DNA of 64,000 nt from Callorhinchus milii. Taxonomy: Eukaryota. The notes below the pieces were generated by a model. That model saw nothing but the letters and a program-made list of their open reading frames with translations, made no database searches and was not told the origin of the DNA. The stretch lies in NCBI RefSeq assembly GCF_018977255.1, contig NW_024704743.1, positions 66,404,001 through 66,468,000 on the forward strand, in the 5' to 3' direction. The position numbers and the translations under genes were made by a program. Of the stretch, positions 12,586 through 25,119 are shown piece by piece; position 1 is the stretch's first letter, and the number at the start of each line of letters is the position of its first letter.

Positions 12586-14791
12586 CACTGCTTCCACAAT
12601 GCATTAAATATTGGTGTGTGATCTTCCCTAGGATGTCGCTGGCATTTATTGAAGATGAGCGTGTAATCTTCACAGGCGTCTGGTCTAATTTGTGATATTG
12701 GCTAAAAAAGTGTGCGAGTTTTTTACAAACGTGAGAGCCTGCGAGGCTTGACTGGATTCGATAACTTTGAAAGGAATGAAAGTGGTTAAAAATCCCAGAG
12801 AATGAAATCCATGGTGAGATGTAATTTCGTTCTCTGGCCCTTTTACTCATTTTTATGGTTTTTGGAAACCTTCAATTTGACCTCCCAAGCTGAACAAGGA
12901 GGCTCAAATTAATGACTTCCACCCTATTTGCAAATATTGTAAAGTTAACCTGACTGTCACCAACATGTTTTTATATTGTGGTTTCTTCTTCCCTGGTGAA
13001 ATATCAGCTATTAAACTTCAGGCTTATTAGTTTCTCAATGGCTGCACATTTAGTCTGAGCCCATAAACACAATTTTGAAGCAAGTTGCTCTTCCAAAACA
13101 AGCAGAAAAAAGTCAGAAAACAAAGTTTATAGGCAGTTAAAAAAAAAGGTTTCAATGAATAGAAGAGGCGGAATAAGTAGAATATTGCAAAAATAACACT
13201 AAAATAAAATCAAGAACGGAGAAGAGAAAGGGAAAAGAGGACCTAAAAGGGGAAAAATAGATAAAATGTATGCTCCTTTTAAACAATATCATTTTACTAG
13301 TTTTTTGTATTTATTTTAGCCATTGTATATCCTCTGGACAGTGAGTTCAAATGCAATAAAAATTCCAATGTAGTGAAAACATCTAAAGGTCTCAGTTCAC
13401 TTCCTTTGTAAACAAATGGACTAACAGTCTTTGCAATAATGAAATTTCCACCTGTGAAACTCTGAGAACAGATTTAACAAAGAGTGCAGAGACCTAGTCC
13501 TCGTGGGCTGACCAAAGCTGAAAAGAATGATATTATTACAATAACAAAGTTATTAAATCAGGGCAACTTTGTTACTATAATATTAACCCTATACAAGCTT
13601 TGTTTTAAAGTAACCTTCACAATAATAACCTGTCTTGAAGTAGCCAAAGAGGACAATTGTATATATTGTTTTGAACTTTCTGCATTTACTTTTCACATCA
13701 CTATTCATTAACAATTTTGATTGAGGTCTCAGTAGAATATAAAGAAAAAAAATGTTACTTTGGCAGAAAAAAACTCCTTTTGTAATGTCAGAATAGGTGA
13801 CCAATTTTGTGGGAAATGTGTGCTATGTGTCAAATTGTCAATAGGCTGTCTATTCATGAATAGGACATTTATACATTTTGAATAAGGTATATGTAACTGC
13901 AATGGTATGCCAACATTTTAATTACAAAACAGTACAACAAAGTCCTAAGTAGGAAATGCTACACACAGCAATAATAATGCTTGAAGGGCAATCTCATGTG
14001 TACCACCTGGTTCCTAAAAACCTGGAACTCATTGATATCAGTTCAGTCATTGCATGTGTGTACAGTACCTTATAATCGTCTGCAGCTATTGAATGATTCT
14101 GCTTGTGAATTTTAAACAGCAGCACTCAGTTTCAATGCAATTCCTGCATTTAGTTAGTTCAGAATAAGAAATAGATAGATTATCAAGGTCACCAGTGCAC
14201 ATGTTGTGCAAAAGCATACTATTCCCTTGTATATTTGCAGTAGAGAGATACTATATTTTATCTCTCTCCCCGTGTGCAACAAAGCAAATCTGAACAGCTC
14301 TGCTCACTGGCAATGAAAGCTAGTTACTATTTTAATGTCATTAAACATCAGGGAATATAACCAGCAAAATAAAATTAAAAAGCTTATGACAGTCCAGTGG
14401 ACTTTCTGTACAAGAACTGTTTTCTTTTTAAATTGTTTAAAAATTATTGTAATGAGCTGCAGTGACAATTGGATGTATTTTGTAGTTAATGCCATTGAAT
14501 CCATTCTTAAAGAGACAGCACTTGGAGTTGAATCAAAGCCCTTAAACTTCATTTACCCTCAATTTATTAGTGTTGAATTGTTGCTAAAAGTGCATGATAA
14601 ATGGGGCATAAGAAAATAGATTAGGTTTAGGAACTATCAGTTCATAGTTTACTTTTTTCCAAACCCCCACAATATTTTGGGGATGCTTATGGATACTTGG
14701 AACAGAAGACACAAATTTTCAATCTGCTTTAGGTGTACGTTTGGAATGATGGCTCCCCGTTAACTCAGAGATTTCACAGCCGATCCCTTAC

Positions 14792-14890
14792 CTTGGTTCC
14801 CGTTGTAGGTACAAGTCCAACTGCTGACATATAAGTGCTGCCGATTGTCTTTATCTTCTCTATATCCTTATAGCACTCCTTGTCCATTAG
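14792..14890 (-). CDS. ADCY1: ADCY1 exon (approx. 17), C2a with substrate-specifying Lys
   Basis: caaaag|CTA...ACC AAG|gtaagg; 99 nt; LMDKECYKDIEKIKTIGSTYMSAVGLVPTTGTK; 117-nt intron to the previous exon. Confidence 0.97.
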
Positions 14891-15007
14891 CTTTTGTACC
14901 AAAAGAAAGATTCATAATATATTTCTAAGCAATACAAAATTATTAAAAGTATTTTGCAAAAAGTTTTATGAAACAAGACTTGTTCACTTTGCACAAATAA
15001 AACTTAC

Positions 15008-15154
15008 CTCATCAAAGTCAGCAATAATTTCATTTAAGAGCCGCAAACACTCCACCCCCATGTTATTCCCATCCAGTTCAATGTAAAAATCATTGAAATT
15101 GGGAATTGAGGCAAACATCACACCCACTTGTGAATAGGACTGGTAGTACAGGTC
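15008..15154 (-). CDS. ADCY1: ADCY1 exon (approx. 16), C2a catalytic domain
   Basis: tgacag|GAC...GAT GAG|gtaagt; 147 nt; [49 protein letters not shown]. Confidence 0.97.
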
Positions 15155-17077
15155 CTGTCAACAATAAAACAAGGGATATATACAGTCACTGTTAGAATGA
15201 ATGTCCAGTTTACTGGACCAAGAGCCCATTATTCCTATAGAATTTATTTCTGTTTGGCCAAAATCATTTGTATCTACAAAGAAAACTAAAATGTAGAGCT
15301 GACTTGAGATAAGCAATTCACTGGGATGTTTAAATAAGAGATTGATGGATTCTTGGACTCAAATGTATTACGGGTTTTAAAATGGTAGAACAAGTTTGAC
15401 AGGTCAAATGGCCCACTCCTTTTCTTATTTTCCTAAGCTTTTCACAAAATCTTCAGGTTATTTATTTTGGAGAAACAAATACTTCACCACTTTGCAAGGT
15501 TATATTTTTTCTCCCATATTTTCTTCCATATTTTCTCCCTCACCTCAGAACTAGGAGCACTAGGAGTAGTTATTACCCTAACCCTCTGGAAATATGTTTT
15601 TGTGCAGTGAAAACCCTTCATATAGCCAATAAATATTAAATATTTAAACATTCTTTCAACCAGAGTAGAGAACGTTAGAACATGTAATATTATGACGGTT
15701 ACCATGGTAGCACAAGCCTGTTCATAACAGGTATTAGGAATTTCAAGCCTTGTTTTAGAGTAAAGCCCTAGTTTAAACATGCAACTAATGCTATGGATCA
15801 GGGCACTTATGACACAATGAGATAATTCACCCAGCAGTCAATGCAAACTCTAAACACAAAGAAATTCCATAGCAACACAGATGGGCCATAGATATATTAT
15901 AAGACTCTTAAGGGAATATATAGCCTTATGAATTGAACTGCCAATTACTGTCAGGAGCACAGACCTGCTTGGGATCACTTCTTTAATGTTTTAGGAAGCA
16001 AACTGAGACCAAACAAAGTAATTTGTTCAAGAATCATCTGTTTAACATCTTTTGAAAAAAATCGTATTGATTTCCCTTCACTTTGGAAGATCAAATGTGT
16101 AAAAAATAGATCTATCTAGTCCCTCTCTTGCTGAGAAGCAGCTGACACTAACATTCGTTGATCAATGCTTCCTTATTAAGACACCATGCCACAGAGTTAA
16201 TTGAAATCTGCTAGAGCCCACCTAAAATGTTTCTAAGAACTTTGCAAATACTAGAGTAAAGATTAAAGCTGCTGGGTCTCTGCAACTGAATCTCCTATCA
16301 AATGGTTTGGTATTGAAAGCTCTTAGAATGCAAACCTGGGCCAGTACTCTGAGGAATTTGTGCTGCTTTAGCAGCTTATCTAACATGAGGAGGGAGCAAT
16401 ATACTATTGGCTGTGATTCTTTCACTTGACTCCTGATAACTGAGGAAGGCCATACTCCAACAGGTAGTGACTAGCGATAGGAAGCTGACCACTGCTTTGT
16501 ACAACAACAACAAATTGTATTTATATTGGTCCTTTCATGTCGGGAGGACAGCACAAGGCGCTGGCCTGTTGAGGATTTGCACTAGAGCTGGGGGTCGGAT
16601 TCAAGAGGGGTAGAAAATATCATAATTGACAATACAGTTGATGTGTGCAGCAGAGATATGGTACAAGTCATTGGCTGGGACTAAAGGGAGAGACTTTTGT
16701 TCTTTCGTTCCTCTCTCCCACGTGAGACAGCTGCAATCTCCCAAAAGATTTGGCTTTGAGTAGAACATGACATGGAAAGGGTAGTACTACTTTCAAAAGA
16801 TGATTCTCTTGGACCAGATCATGCCCTTTGAGCAGCTCGCTATAAAATAGTACTTTGTGATATAAGACTTCTCCCACTACCTGTGAATGTAGTACACCCT
16901 CTAAGCCTGTGAAATACTCAACAACATCAATTTTCATTTACAGTTAAATGTCCCAAAGCAATTTACAGAGATGGAGTGGGATATTCCCCCAAATTACATT
17001 TAAAACGTTGCATTAGAACTAACATAGAACAAACCTGCTGGCTAATTTCAACGTTTTAACTCATTCATGTCCCCAGT

Positions 17078-18600
17078 AACAACAGAAAACAACTTGAATT
17101 TATATAAAGCCCTTCTTGGATTGCTTCAGAGATAGTGCCAGACACCAAGCTGGAGAGGGGAAGGGGGAAGAGGGAGGTGGCAGTGTGTGTGGTTGAAGAG
17201 GTAAGTGTTTTGGTACATTTTTGAAAAATTAAAGAGAGAGAGTAAAATGGTGGGTTAAGGGAGAGAATTCCAGAGGGAGGGATTATCATGGTTGATGGTT
17301 TGATGACCAATGATGGGGCAGGGAACACAGGCCCAAATTTGCCGAGCCGACAAGGAGAGTGTAATAGTGAAGCAAAAGAAGATCATAGAGGTAGGGTATG
17401 AAAGGATTGGTAGATGAGGATGGGAATCTTAAACTAGATCCACTAGGAGATAGGAAATGGAGCCTGACAAGGATGGAGGTGAAAGTCATGTGAAGATCTG
17501 TGTGGGTAAGAATGAATACAACAACGTTTTTGAGGAGTTGGATGGTTGAGCCAAGGAGGCCAGTGAAGATGGTATTTTGAAAAGTCAAATCTGGTGGCGG
17601 TAAAGGTAACAATGAGGGTTTCAGCAGCATTAGGGCTGGGACGGGGATTGAAGTATGTAATGGGACTGTATAAGGGAGGAAAGAGACCTGAGGATCAAAA
17701 TCAAATACTAAGTTGCACAATAATTTAGGGAGTTGGAGAGACAGAGACCAGGAAGGTTGACGGATTTGGAGCCAGAAGCAAGGAGATGTTGGCGTGAGCT
17801 AAGCTTTGTCTACATTAAGATTAAGGAAGTGAAAGCTCATACAGGACTTGATGCCTTGGTTGAGCACAACAATTGCCACATCTAAGCATTGAGTAAAACT
17901 CTTCATGCTTAACTTGGAAACCAGTTTTCCACAATTCTTATAAATGCAGACAAGCTTCCAAATGAAGACTAAATTTAAGAATTCTGTACAATTTTGTATG
18001 ATCCTACAAAATGACAAAAGACAAAATGGTTTTACGCATGAAGACTAAATTGACCTCGGATTAAAACTAGGTTATATTCATTCAAATCTCTGATATCAAC
18101 CACTAAAGATGTCTGACAGTCAGGCAGTCAGAATATCAATGGATCTGAAAGAAGTAAAAGTAGAGAAGTAGATTTGGGTGTCAGCAGTGTACTTATGTAA
18201 ACTAACCCCATGTTTGCAGATGATGTATCTGAGGGGAAATATGCAGATGAGGAAAAGAAAGTGATCAAAGATGCAGCCCTGAGGTACACCATAGATGACA
18301 GTGTGAGGGTTAGAGGAGAAAGCACTGGAGGAAACGTAAAATGGAGGCAATGGGGCAAGGAGGATTAGAAGTAGGAAAGTGTGGTTCCACAGAGACCCTG
18401 CACAGCCCTTCAGAGCCAGACCTTGGCTATTGACAATAAACAAACACTGGGGAAAAAAGCCTGGAAGGCAATCCTCAAGGATGTCTAGAATGAGGGAGGG
18501 CCAGGTCAAAATTAAGCAATGAGAGCACCTCATCCCCACAACTCCCACAAATTCCGCCCAACAATGATATATGCAAGAAAGACAAAGTACTCTCTCCATC
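17078..18600 (-). mobile_element. Old L2 LINE fragment (RT C-terminal part) interrupted by a 254-bp insertion
   Basis: Decayed GVPQGCIFDHFLFLI...HKYTADTQIY and IKSCMSFHFLNLNVDK motifs; (GTT)-type tail at 17078. Confidence 0.8.
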
Positions 18601-18968
18601 AGCAGAGTCCAATTCAACAACAACAAATTGCATTTATATAGTGCTTTTCAACTCGGGAGGACACCCCAAGGTGCTGATTCTCACCAATAGCTGTGAGAAA
18701 GTGAATCTCCAGCCTTGGTTGAGCACAACAATCGCCACATCTAAGCATTGAATAAAATTCTTCAGGCTTAATTTGGAAGCCAATTCTCCACAATTCTTAT
18801 AAATGCAGACAAGCTTCCAAATGACGACTAAATTTGAGAGTTCTATACAATTTTGTATGATCCTACAAAATGACAAAAAACAAAATGGTCTTACACATGA
18901 AGACTAAATGGACATTCGATTAAAACTAGGTTATATTCATTCAAATCTCTGAAATCAACCACTAAAGA
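17854..18968 (+). repeat. Direct repeat pair, about 255 bp (17854-18107 and 18713-18966)
   Basis: ccttggttgagcacaacaat...atcaaccactaaa present twice, roughly 90% identical by eye; ORFs 17799-18017 and 18634-18876 are near-identical. Confidence 0.9.
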
Positions 18969-19400
18969 AAGGTCCAACTTCCTCATTATCTACCTGAAAA
19001 GTTCCAGAAGGCACCCAACACTCAAAGCCATTCACCCTGGAATCCAATATCTCTCTGCCATAGAAGATCCCAGCCATGCCAGTAAATAACACCAGAGCAA
19101 AGTAGCAAAGTATGTGATATACTCATTGTCCATATCTGTGAGTACCTTGCAAATTTAATTTGTATCATTCATCTCATATTACTCCAAAATAAAGTCATTG
19201 TGGGAATCCTGTATAACTTGACGTAAGTAAATAAAAGACAGGAAAAAGATCTCCTTTCTATCAACATCGCATCATATTTCGAAGAATAATTTATGCAAAA
19301 TGTAACAGAAAACACATTCAACTGAAGAATTAACCCAATAATGCAATTCCCTTAATGGAAACACACACCATCAAGATTAATGAATGCAATATATTGTTAC

Positions 19401-19517
19401 CATATTTCTTGGATTGGACAACAAAAAATGTTGTGCAACGTGAGCTGGAAGTAAATTAAAGAGGATGCGTTTGTTGTCAAGCTTGACCCGTTCCATGTCG
19501 TCTCTCTCTTCTTCTGC
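19401..19517 (-). CDS. ADCY1: ADCY1 exon (approx. 15), helical linker into C2a
   Basis: tttcag|GCA...AAT ATG|gtaaca; 117 nt; AEEERDDMERVKLDNKRILFNLLPAHVAQHFLLSNPRNM. Confidence 0.96.
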
Positions 19518-20184
19518 CTGAAAGAGGAGGAAATACATCAAATTAATCGAGGGCTTCAAGAACATATCGAATTAACAAAATTAACAAAAGAACTCAGGTT
19601 GAACACCACTCTCTCCAAGATAAATTTGGAGCAAACCTGGAAGCAGCTGCATGTATCTTTAGTGGTCTGCCTGTGAAACGTGCTGTAAAAGAACATTCTG
19701 TGCAGAAGAACATTCCCTGCAATGTCTCCGTAATTGGACAAATTTGCTCCACACCACAGAAAATCATTAATCACTCAACAAAACCTTTTTTTTACAGTTT
19801 ACTCACTTTTTTTTATTTCACTCTTTCAAGTAATGTTCTGTAAAAACGACATAAATCAAAGCTCCCCCCCAAAAAAAACTAAATCAAGTTCTATTTGCAG
19901 AGTATTTGTTGTACGGGACTAAAGAATATAGGGGTGAAAAATGTGATGTTTCATCACAGAATTGGCATATTGAATCTGATCAGAAACATTGGAACTTCAG
20001 GCAACAGTTATGGATTGGTTTTGGCTAAGAACCTCATTCCCCGTGACTCCCACATCCGACCTTGACAGAACAGCTCGACTCAAAGATTTTGGCACTGTTA
20101 TTGTCCTTTCTAAACACAAAGAACAGTGTTTCACTACCACCTTCTCATATTTTTAACTAGCTGTGGAAAACTGTTGCATGACTA

Positions 20185-20685
20185 AAACAACAACAACAAC
20201 AAGATTCCATTTATAGAGCGCCTTTCACATCGGGAGGACGTCCCAGTTGGGTCAGGACCCGAGCAGGGGGAAATGGTCAGGGTGAGGGGAGGGAAGGGAG
20301 GGAGGGAGCGAGGAGGGGGTAGAGAGTCGAGAGGGGAGCTGAAGGCACGGTCAAAGAGAAAGGTCTTGAGACCGGCCTTGAAGAAGGAAAGGGAGGAGGC
20401 GGCGAAGGCACTGGGGGATAGAGTTCCAGAGCCTCGGGGCTGAGAGGTTGAAGGCCCGGCCACCGATGGTAGGGCGGTTGGGGCAGGGGATGTGGAGCAG
20501 ACCGGAGCCAGAGGAACGGAGGGTACGGGCAGGTAGGTAGGGGGATAGTAGGTTGGAGAGGTAGGAGGGAGCGAGGCCGTGAATGGCCTTGTAGGTGAGG
20601 ATGAGGATCTTGAAATCGATCCTCTGGGGGATGGGGAGCCAGTGGAGGCGAGCGAGGGTTGGAGTGATGTGGTCGCGAAGCCTGT
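20185..20685 (-). mobile_element. Young L2 LINE, 5'-truncated
   Basis: Near-identical to 26458-26970 and 38433-38940; (GTT)n tail. Confidence 0.9.
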
Positions 20686-21374
20686 ACTTTTAAGAGGAAC
20701 ATTACTTTTAAGACAGAGGAACGTATAAACACTCTTTATAACAGGAGAAAGGCGCAGTGTCGGGAGTAAAAACAACTTCCATTGTTTAAGTTTCACAGAG
20801 GTGACCTAATATTCGAATAAATTGCAAGCAAATGCCATTAGTTTGCAGGTATTAATGGAATTCCAGGTTATAGTTAGTTTTATAATCTGTAAAAAAGAGA
20901 TTGGCTTTTTGATGTTCTATGGTTAGAATAGAAATGGTGCAATGTAGTGAAAAAAAATCCTTGAAATTTGATATATTGCATTTATTTATTTGGTAAAAAA
21001 AGCTTTAAAGTAGAAATAATTTTCATAAATGACATATTTGTTTGGGTTGTCTTAAAGAGTACCTACTTCAAAGTAAACTTGTATTTTAAAAAGACTCATC
21101 GGAATCAAAGAAAGAAAGAAAGAAAGTGAGAAGGTTGATGACTTGAAACTTTCCATTCTAGTAGGGCCTAACACCACTCTCACCTTATAACCTATTTATT
21201 CAAAAATAAAAATTGTTCACTCACTCCATGGCTGTTTGTGGGAATTGCTGTGTGCAATTGGCTGCCACATTTCACCCATAAAATACACAGTAAATCCACT
21301 TTACAGTATATCCTGTGAAACACTTCGAGACATCTCAATGAGGTGGCAAGTTGGCATATCAAATGCAAGGACCT

Positions 21375-21812
21375 GCACTAAACTCCATTGCCCCATCACA
21401 CCAATTCTACTGACTCTCTATCATCAAATGGATTGATTTCAAGATCCTCACACACATCTTCAAATCCCTTCATACCTTGATAACCCCCCTACCCCTCTGA
21501 CCTGCTTACTCCCCAATCCACTACCCGCTGTCTCCACTCGACTGGCTCCGGCCTCCTGTTTGTCCCTCATGCCCTCCATTCCACCATCAGTGGCTGCACT
21601 TTCTGCCATTACTACCCAAAATTCTGGAACTCTCTCCCTTAATCCCTCCTCCTTATCCTCTCCTTCACCATCTTCAGGTTGCACCTGAAGACCTTTTTCT
21701 TCTACTGTGCTTACGGTCACCTACCCCCGGCTTGGCGATGTGCTCTGCCACTGTCTAGTGCTCTAGGACGGTACCCTGCGTGTGGGGCTTTGTATAAATG
21801 TAAGTTGTTGTT
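21375..21812 (+). mobile_element. Old L2 3' fragment
   Basis: gatttcaagatcctc (DFKIL), ccaccatcagtggc, ataaatgtaagttgttgttg tail. Confidence 0.75.
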
Positions 21813-21854
21813 GTATGCATTCTTTTTTGAAATATTTTTAAATGCCTGCATGAT

Positions 21855-22202
21855 AATAATCCTTGCATTTGATATCGTGCCTTATCACGTCTTTGAGACA
21901 TCTCAAAGCGCTTAACAGAATTGTCTGTATATATTTTGTGGGCGAAATGTGGCATCCAATTGGGCACAGCAGCGTCCCACAAACAGTTGTGGATTGAGTG
22001 ACCACATTTTTTTGTTTAAGGGATTATTACTCCCGGAAAAATGATCCACCAATCGACTAACAACTGGGTTCCTACTTACTGCTAGGTGAACAGAGGTATG
22101 TGGAGTAAGGAAACATGCTCAATTTTTCGCCCTGCTAGTAATCGAATCCAGGTCCTCTCGTTTGTGAGACAAATGCTCTAACCAATAAGTTACAGGACTC
22201 CA
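21855..22202 (-). mobile_element. tRNA-derived Deu-SINE, long variant with extra approx. 65-nt central segment
   Basis: Same head and tail as the young SINE plus ctctgttcacctagcagtaagtagg.acc segment. Confidence 0.85.
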
Positions 22203-22254
22203 CGGTGTAGCACCTATAATATCTTCAAATTTATGTGAAGTGTGTAATGATCGT

Positions 22255-22490
22255 ACTTGTCGGTGAATGCGGCAGCCAATTTTCACACACCAGTGTCCGA
22301 TAACAGCGATTAAATGAATTATTAATTTTAAATGGGGGAAATTGTTGGCCAGGTCAAATCTGTTTTCAAATAGTGCTACACAATCTTTAATGTTCAGTTG
22401 AACAGGGTGTCAGCCTCGAAGTCCCAACATAGGGCTTAAATCCTTCTGATTCAGCAGTAGGACTGCTACCAACTAAGACAGGCTGACAGT
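22255..22490 (-). mobile_element. SacSINE1-like SINE (degraded)
   Basis: Deu core gcggcagccaatttt and head gtcagcctgtcttagttggtagc on the minus strand. Confidence 0.6.
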
Positions 22491-22929
22491 TTTTGCTTGA
22501 CTAGAACAGAAATAAGTGTAAGAAGGACTTAAAATTCTACAAAGGTGAAGTTTTCAGGACTGAATTAGGAAAAATAGCAAAACACTGATAGAGGCTGCAA
22601 AAGGAAAAATCAAATAATTGTTCACAAAGCACCTACAAATTGCTTGTCTTGTTTAAAATTAGTACCCTGAAGTTTAGTAGTAGAGTGAATGAAATGCTTG
22701 AGTGTTAATAAAGCTAGTCTTTTTGTATATAAAGAACTGAGCTCTTTGAGAAAAATCTAAGGGAGAAGTGCTACTTAACCTCTGGGAACTGAGTCAAATC
22801 TAGCTCAGCCACTGGGATGACGGTTAATGTGAGGGTTCTATGTGAAATTAATAAGATTCAGCCCCAAACTACAAAATAACACGAGTCATCCTTGCATTTT
22901 ATATATCAGGAGGATGTTGTGCTAGTTAT

Positions 22930-23362
22930 ATAGTCCTTGCCAAACTCCACTGGCTCCCTGTCATAGAGCAGATCGACTTCAAGATCCTCACTCTAGTGTT
23001 TAAATCCCTCCATTCCTTGGCAGCCCCTATCTCTCTAACCTCTTCTCTCCCCACAGCAGTACCCGATGCCTCCGCTCTACTGGGTCCAGCCTCCTCCGTG
23101 TCCCCTGAATCCTCCGCTCTACCATCAGTGGCCATGCCTTCAGCCATTACGGCCCCGAAAATTTGGAACTCCCTTCTTCAACCCCTTCGCCTCGCCCCCT
23201 CCTTCCCCATCTTCAGGTCGCACCTGAAGACCTTCCTCTTCGACTGCGCCCACAGTCACCTTCCCCCTACCCTTGGCTCGGCTTTGGGCTCCGCCATTGT
23301 TAAGTGCTCTGAGACGCCACCTGGAGTGGAGAGTGCTATATAAATGCAAATTGCTGTTGTTA
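22930..23362 (+). mobile_element. L2 3' fragment (same subfamily as 33650-36962)
   Basis: [23 protein letters not shown]; tail gttaagtgctctgagacgcc...ataaatgcaaattgctgttgtt. Confidence 0.85.
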
Positions 23363-23509
23363 TGTAAGGTGCTGCTCTCAAGAGATGTTCTCAGGCAAGA
23401 AAGGAATGATTCAGTCAAGATGCCTCTTACTGATGTTTATCCAGTAAAACCTGTATGTGTTCAGACAGTGGACAGAGAAAGATTCAGTTCAGCTGTAATG
23501 TGTATCATT

Positions 23510-23812
23510 GGAGTCCTGTAGCTCAGTGGTTAGAGCACTCGCTTTGCAAGCGAGAGACCTGAGTTCAATTCCAGGCAGAGGGCGAAACCTTGGGCAAGTT
23601 TCCTTACTCCACACACCTAATAATAATCCCTCCAAAACAAAAAACAATAATAAATTGGTCATTTTCAATCTACGACTGTTTGTGGGACATTGCTGTGCGC
23701 AATTGGCTGCCGCGTTCGCCCACAAATATACAGTCAATTCACTTTACAGTGTGTTTTGTGAAGCGCTTTGGGACGTCTTCCCGACGTGAAAAGCGCTATA
23801 ACAAATGCAAGG

Positions 23813-23871
<59 letters not shown>

Positions 23872-23872
23872 G
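23510..23872 (+). mobile_element. Young tRNA-derived Deu-SINE with expanded (ATT)n tail
   Basis: Full head/Deu/tail; about 19 ATT units at 23813-23871. Confidence 0.92.
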
Positions 23873-24444
23873 ATGGTTGCTAACACTATCTGTCCAAGCT
23901 CATGAAGAACGGTCAAAGGCAGCATTCTGCAGGACTGTTAGTACCTGGGGACTAGTAGGAGTCGCCACCTTCAGGAGAAGAGCGGAATTATCTTTTTAAA
24001 AAAACTAAAAAATGTTTTTAAACAAATTAAATTTCTCTTTTAAGTGTCACAACAACAACAACAATAATTCATTTATAGACGAAGTGAGAAACACAAGATC
24101 CCTTTCAGTATCTGGAAATGCTTCACACCAACCAATGGGAACACTGCTCTGATGCAAACCAATGACCTGAAAGATAATAATAATAATCTTTGCATTTTGA
24201 TATAGTGACTCTTCACCTATGGTGTTTAGGAGTCACAAGCACGTCACAAGATATACTGTAAAGTAGATTGCTGTGTATTTTGTGAGCGAAACTCTAACTC
24301 AAATACTCTCGTTACAAATATCACGTTCTAGATCACAATGAAGCATATCTTCCTCAAGAAATAGAAGAAATATGAGAAGATTAGCGATTTGATAGAATCT
24401 TACTAATTTAGTACAAATAACAGACAAATCCATAATGAGTTTAG

Positions 24445-24680
24445 GCTTGAAATTCCATCTAAACTTGACCTATACAACCATTTTGTCTTTATTTTGACCA
24501 TAGTTTAAGATCATGCAGAATTGTGGAAAATTCTTCAGTTTAATCTTAATTTGGAAGGCTGTTCTTTTTACAAACAATGGAAAAAACGACTTCCAGATTA
24601 AGTCTGAAAAATTCTTTGCAATCTAAAATGTTTACACAAAATGTTCTTACAGGCTAAGAGTAAATGTTTTATTTGGCCCA
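24445..24680. mobile_element. Fold-back MITE family copy
   Basis: gaaattccatcta terminus; tcttaatttggaag...cttccagattaag central inverted arms; aaaatgttcttacaggctaag right end. Confidence 0.6.
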
Positions 24681-25119
24681 TTTGTCGATGCCAAGCTAAA
24701 AATAAGTCAAAAATAGGCCGGAGAGTGAAATCACATCATAAATACATGTGACCAAGGTTGATAACCTTACCAACATTCCCTACACTATTGCCTTCAGTCA
24801 AGTTACTCAATTTCTGAGTGCAACAGGGATTACTGATAAAAACTTTAAAGCTAATTTAAAATGTGTTTGCAAAACCAACAGATGAATTATTGAATAAAAC
24901 CACATGGTGGCGCCAGATTCTCAGACCCACACATTTCAATCCTGACAAACAAAACACAAACACACATCACCCTTTCGAAATGCAATGTTTATTTTTTGCA
25001 ACGAGTTCCTCAATACTGTTTTTGAAGTTAAGTGTAAAGTAAAATTAACAAGCTTCGATCAAGTCTTCTGCAGTGAGTAAGGGGGCTCCCAGACCTCAGA
25101 GACAGTGCAGAGAAGAGCG

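Noticed and set aside
23510..23582. tRNA gene (A and B boxes, TGC anticodon-like loop)
   Set aside because: It is the head of a multi-copy SINE; no proper acceptor stem or T-run terminator, and it continues into Deu core and LINE tail
23590..23925. Poly-Tyr / poly-Ile ORFs
   Set aside because: Translations of the (ATT)n SINE tail
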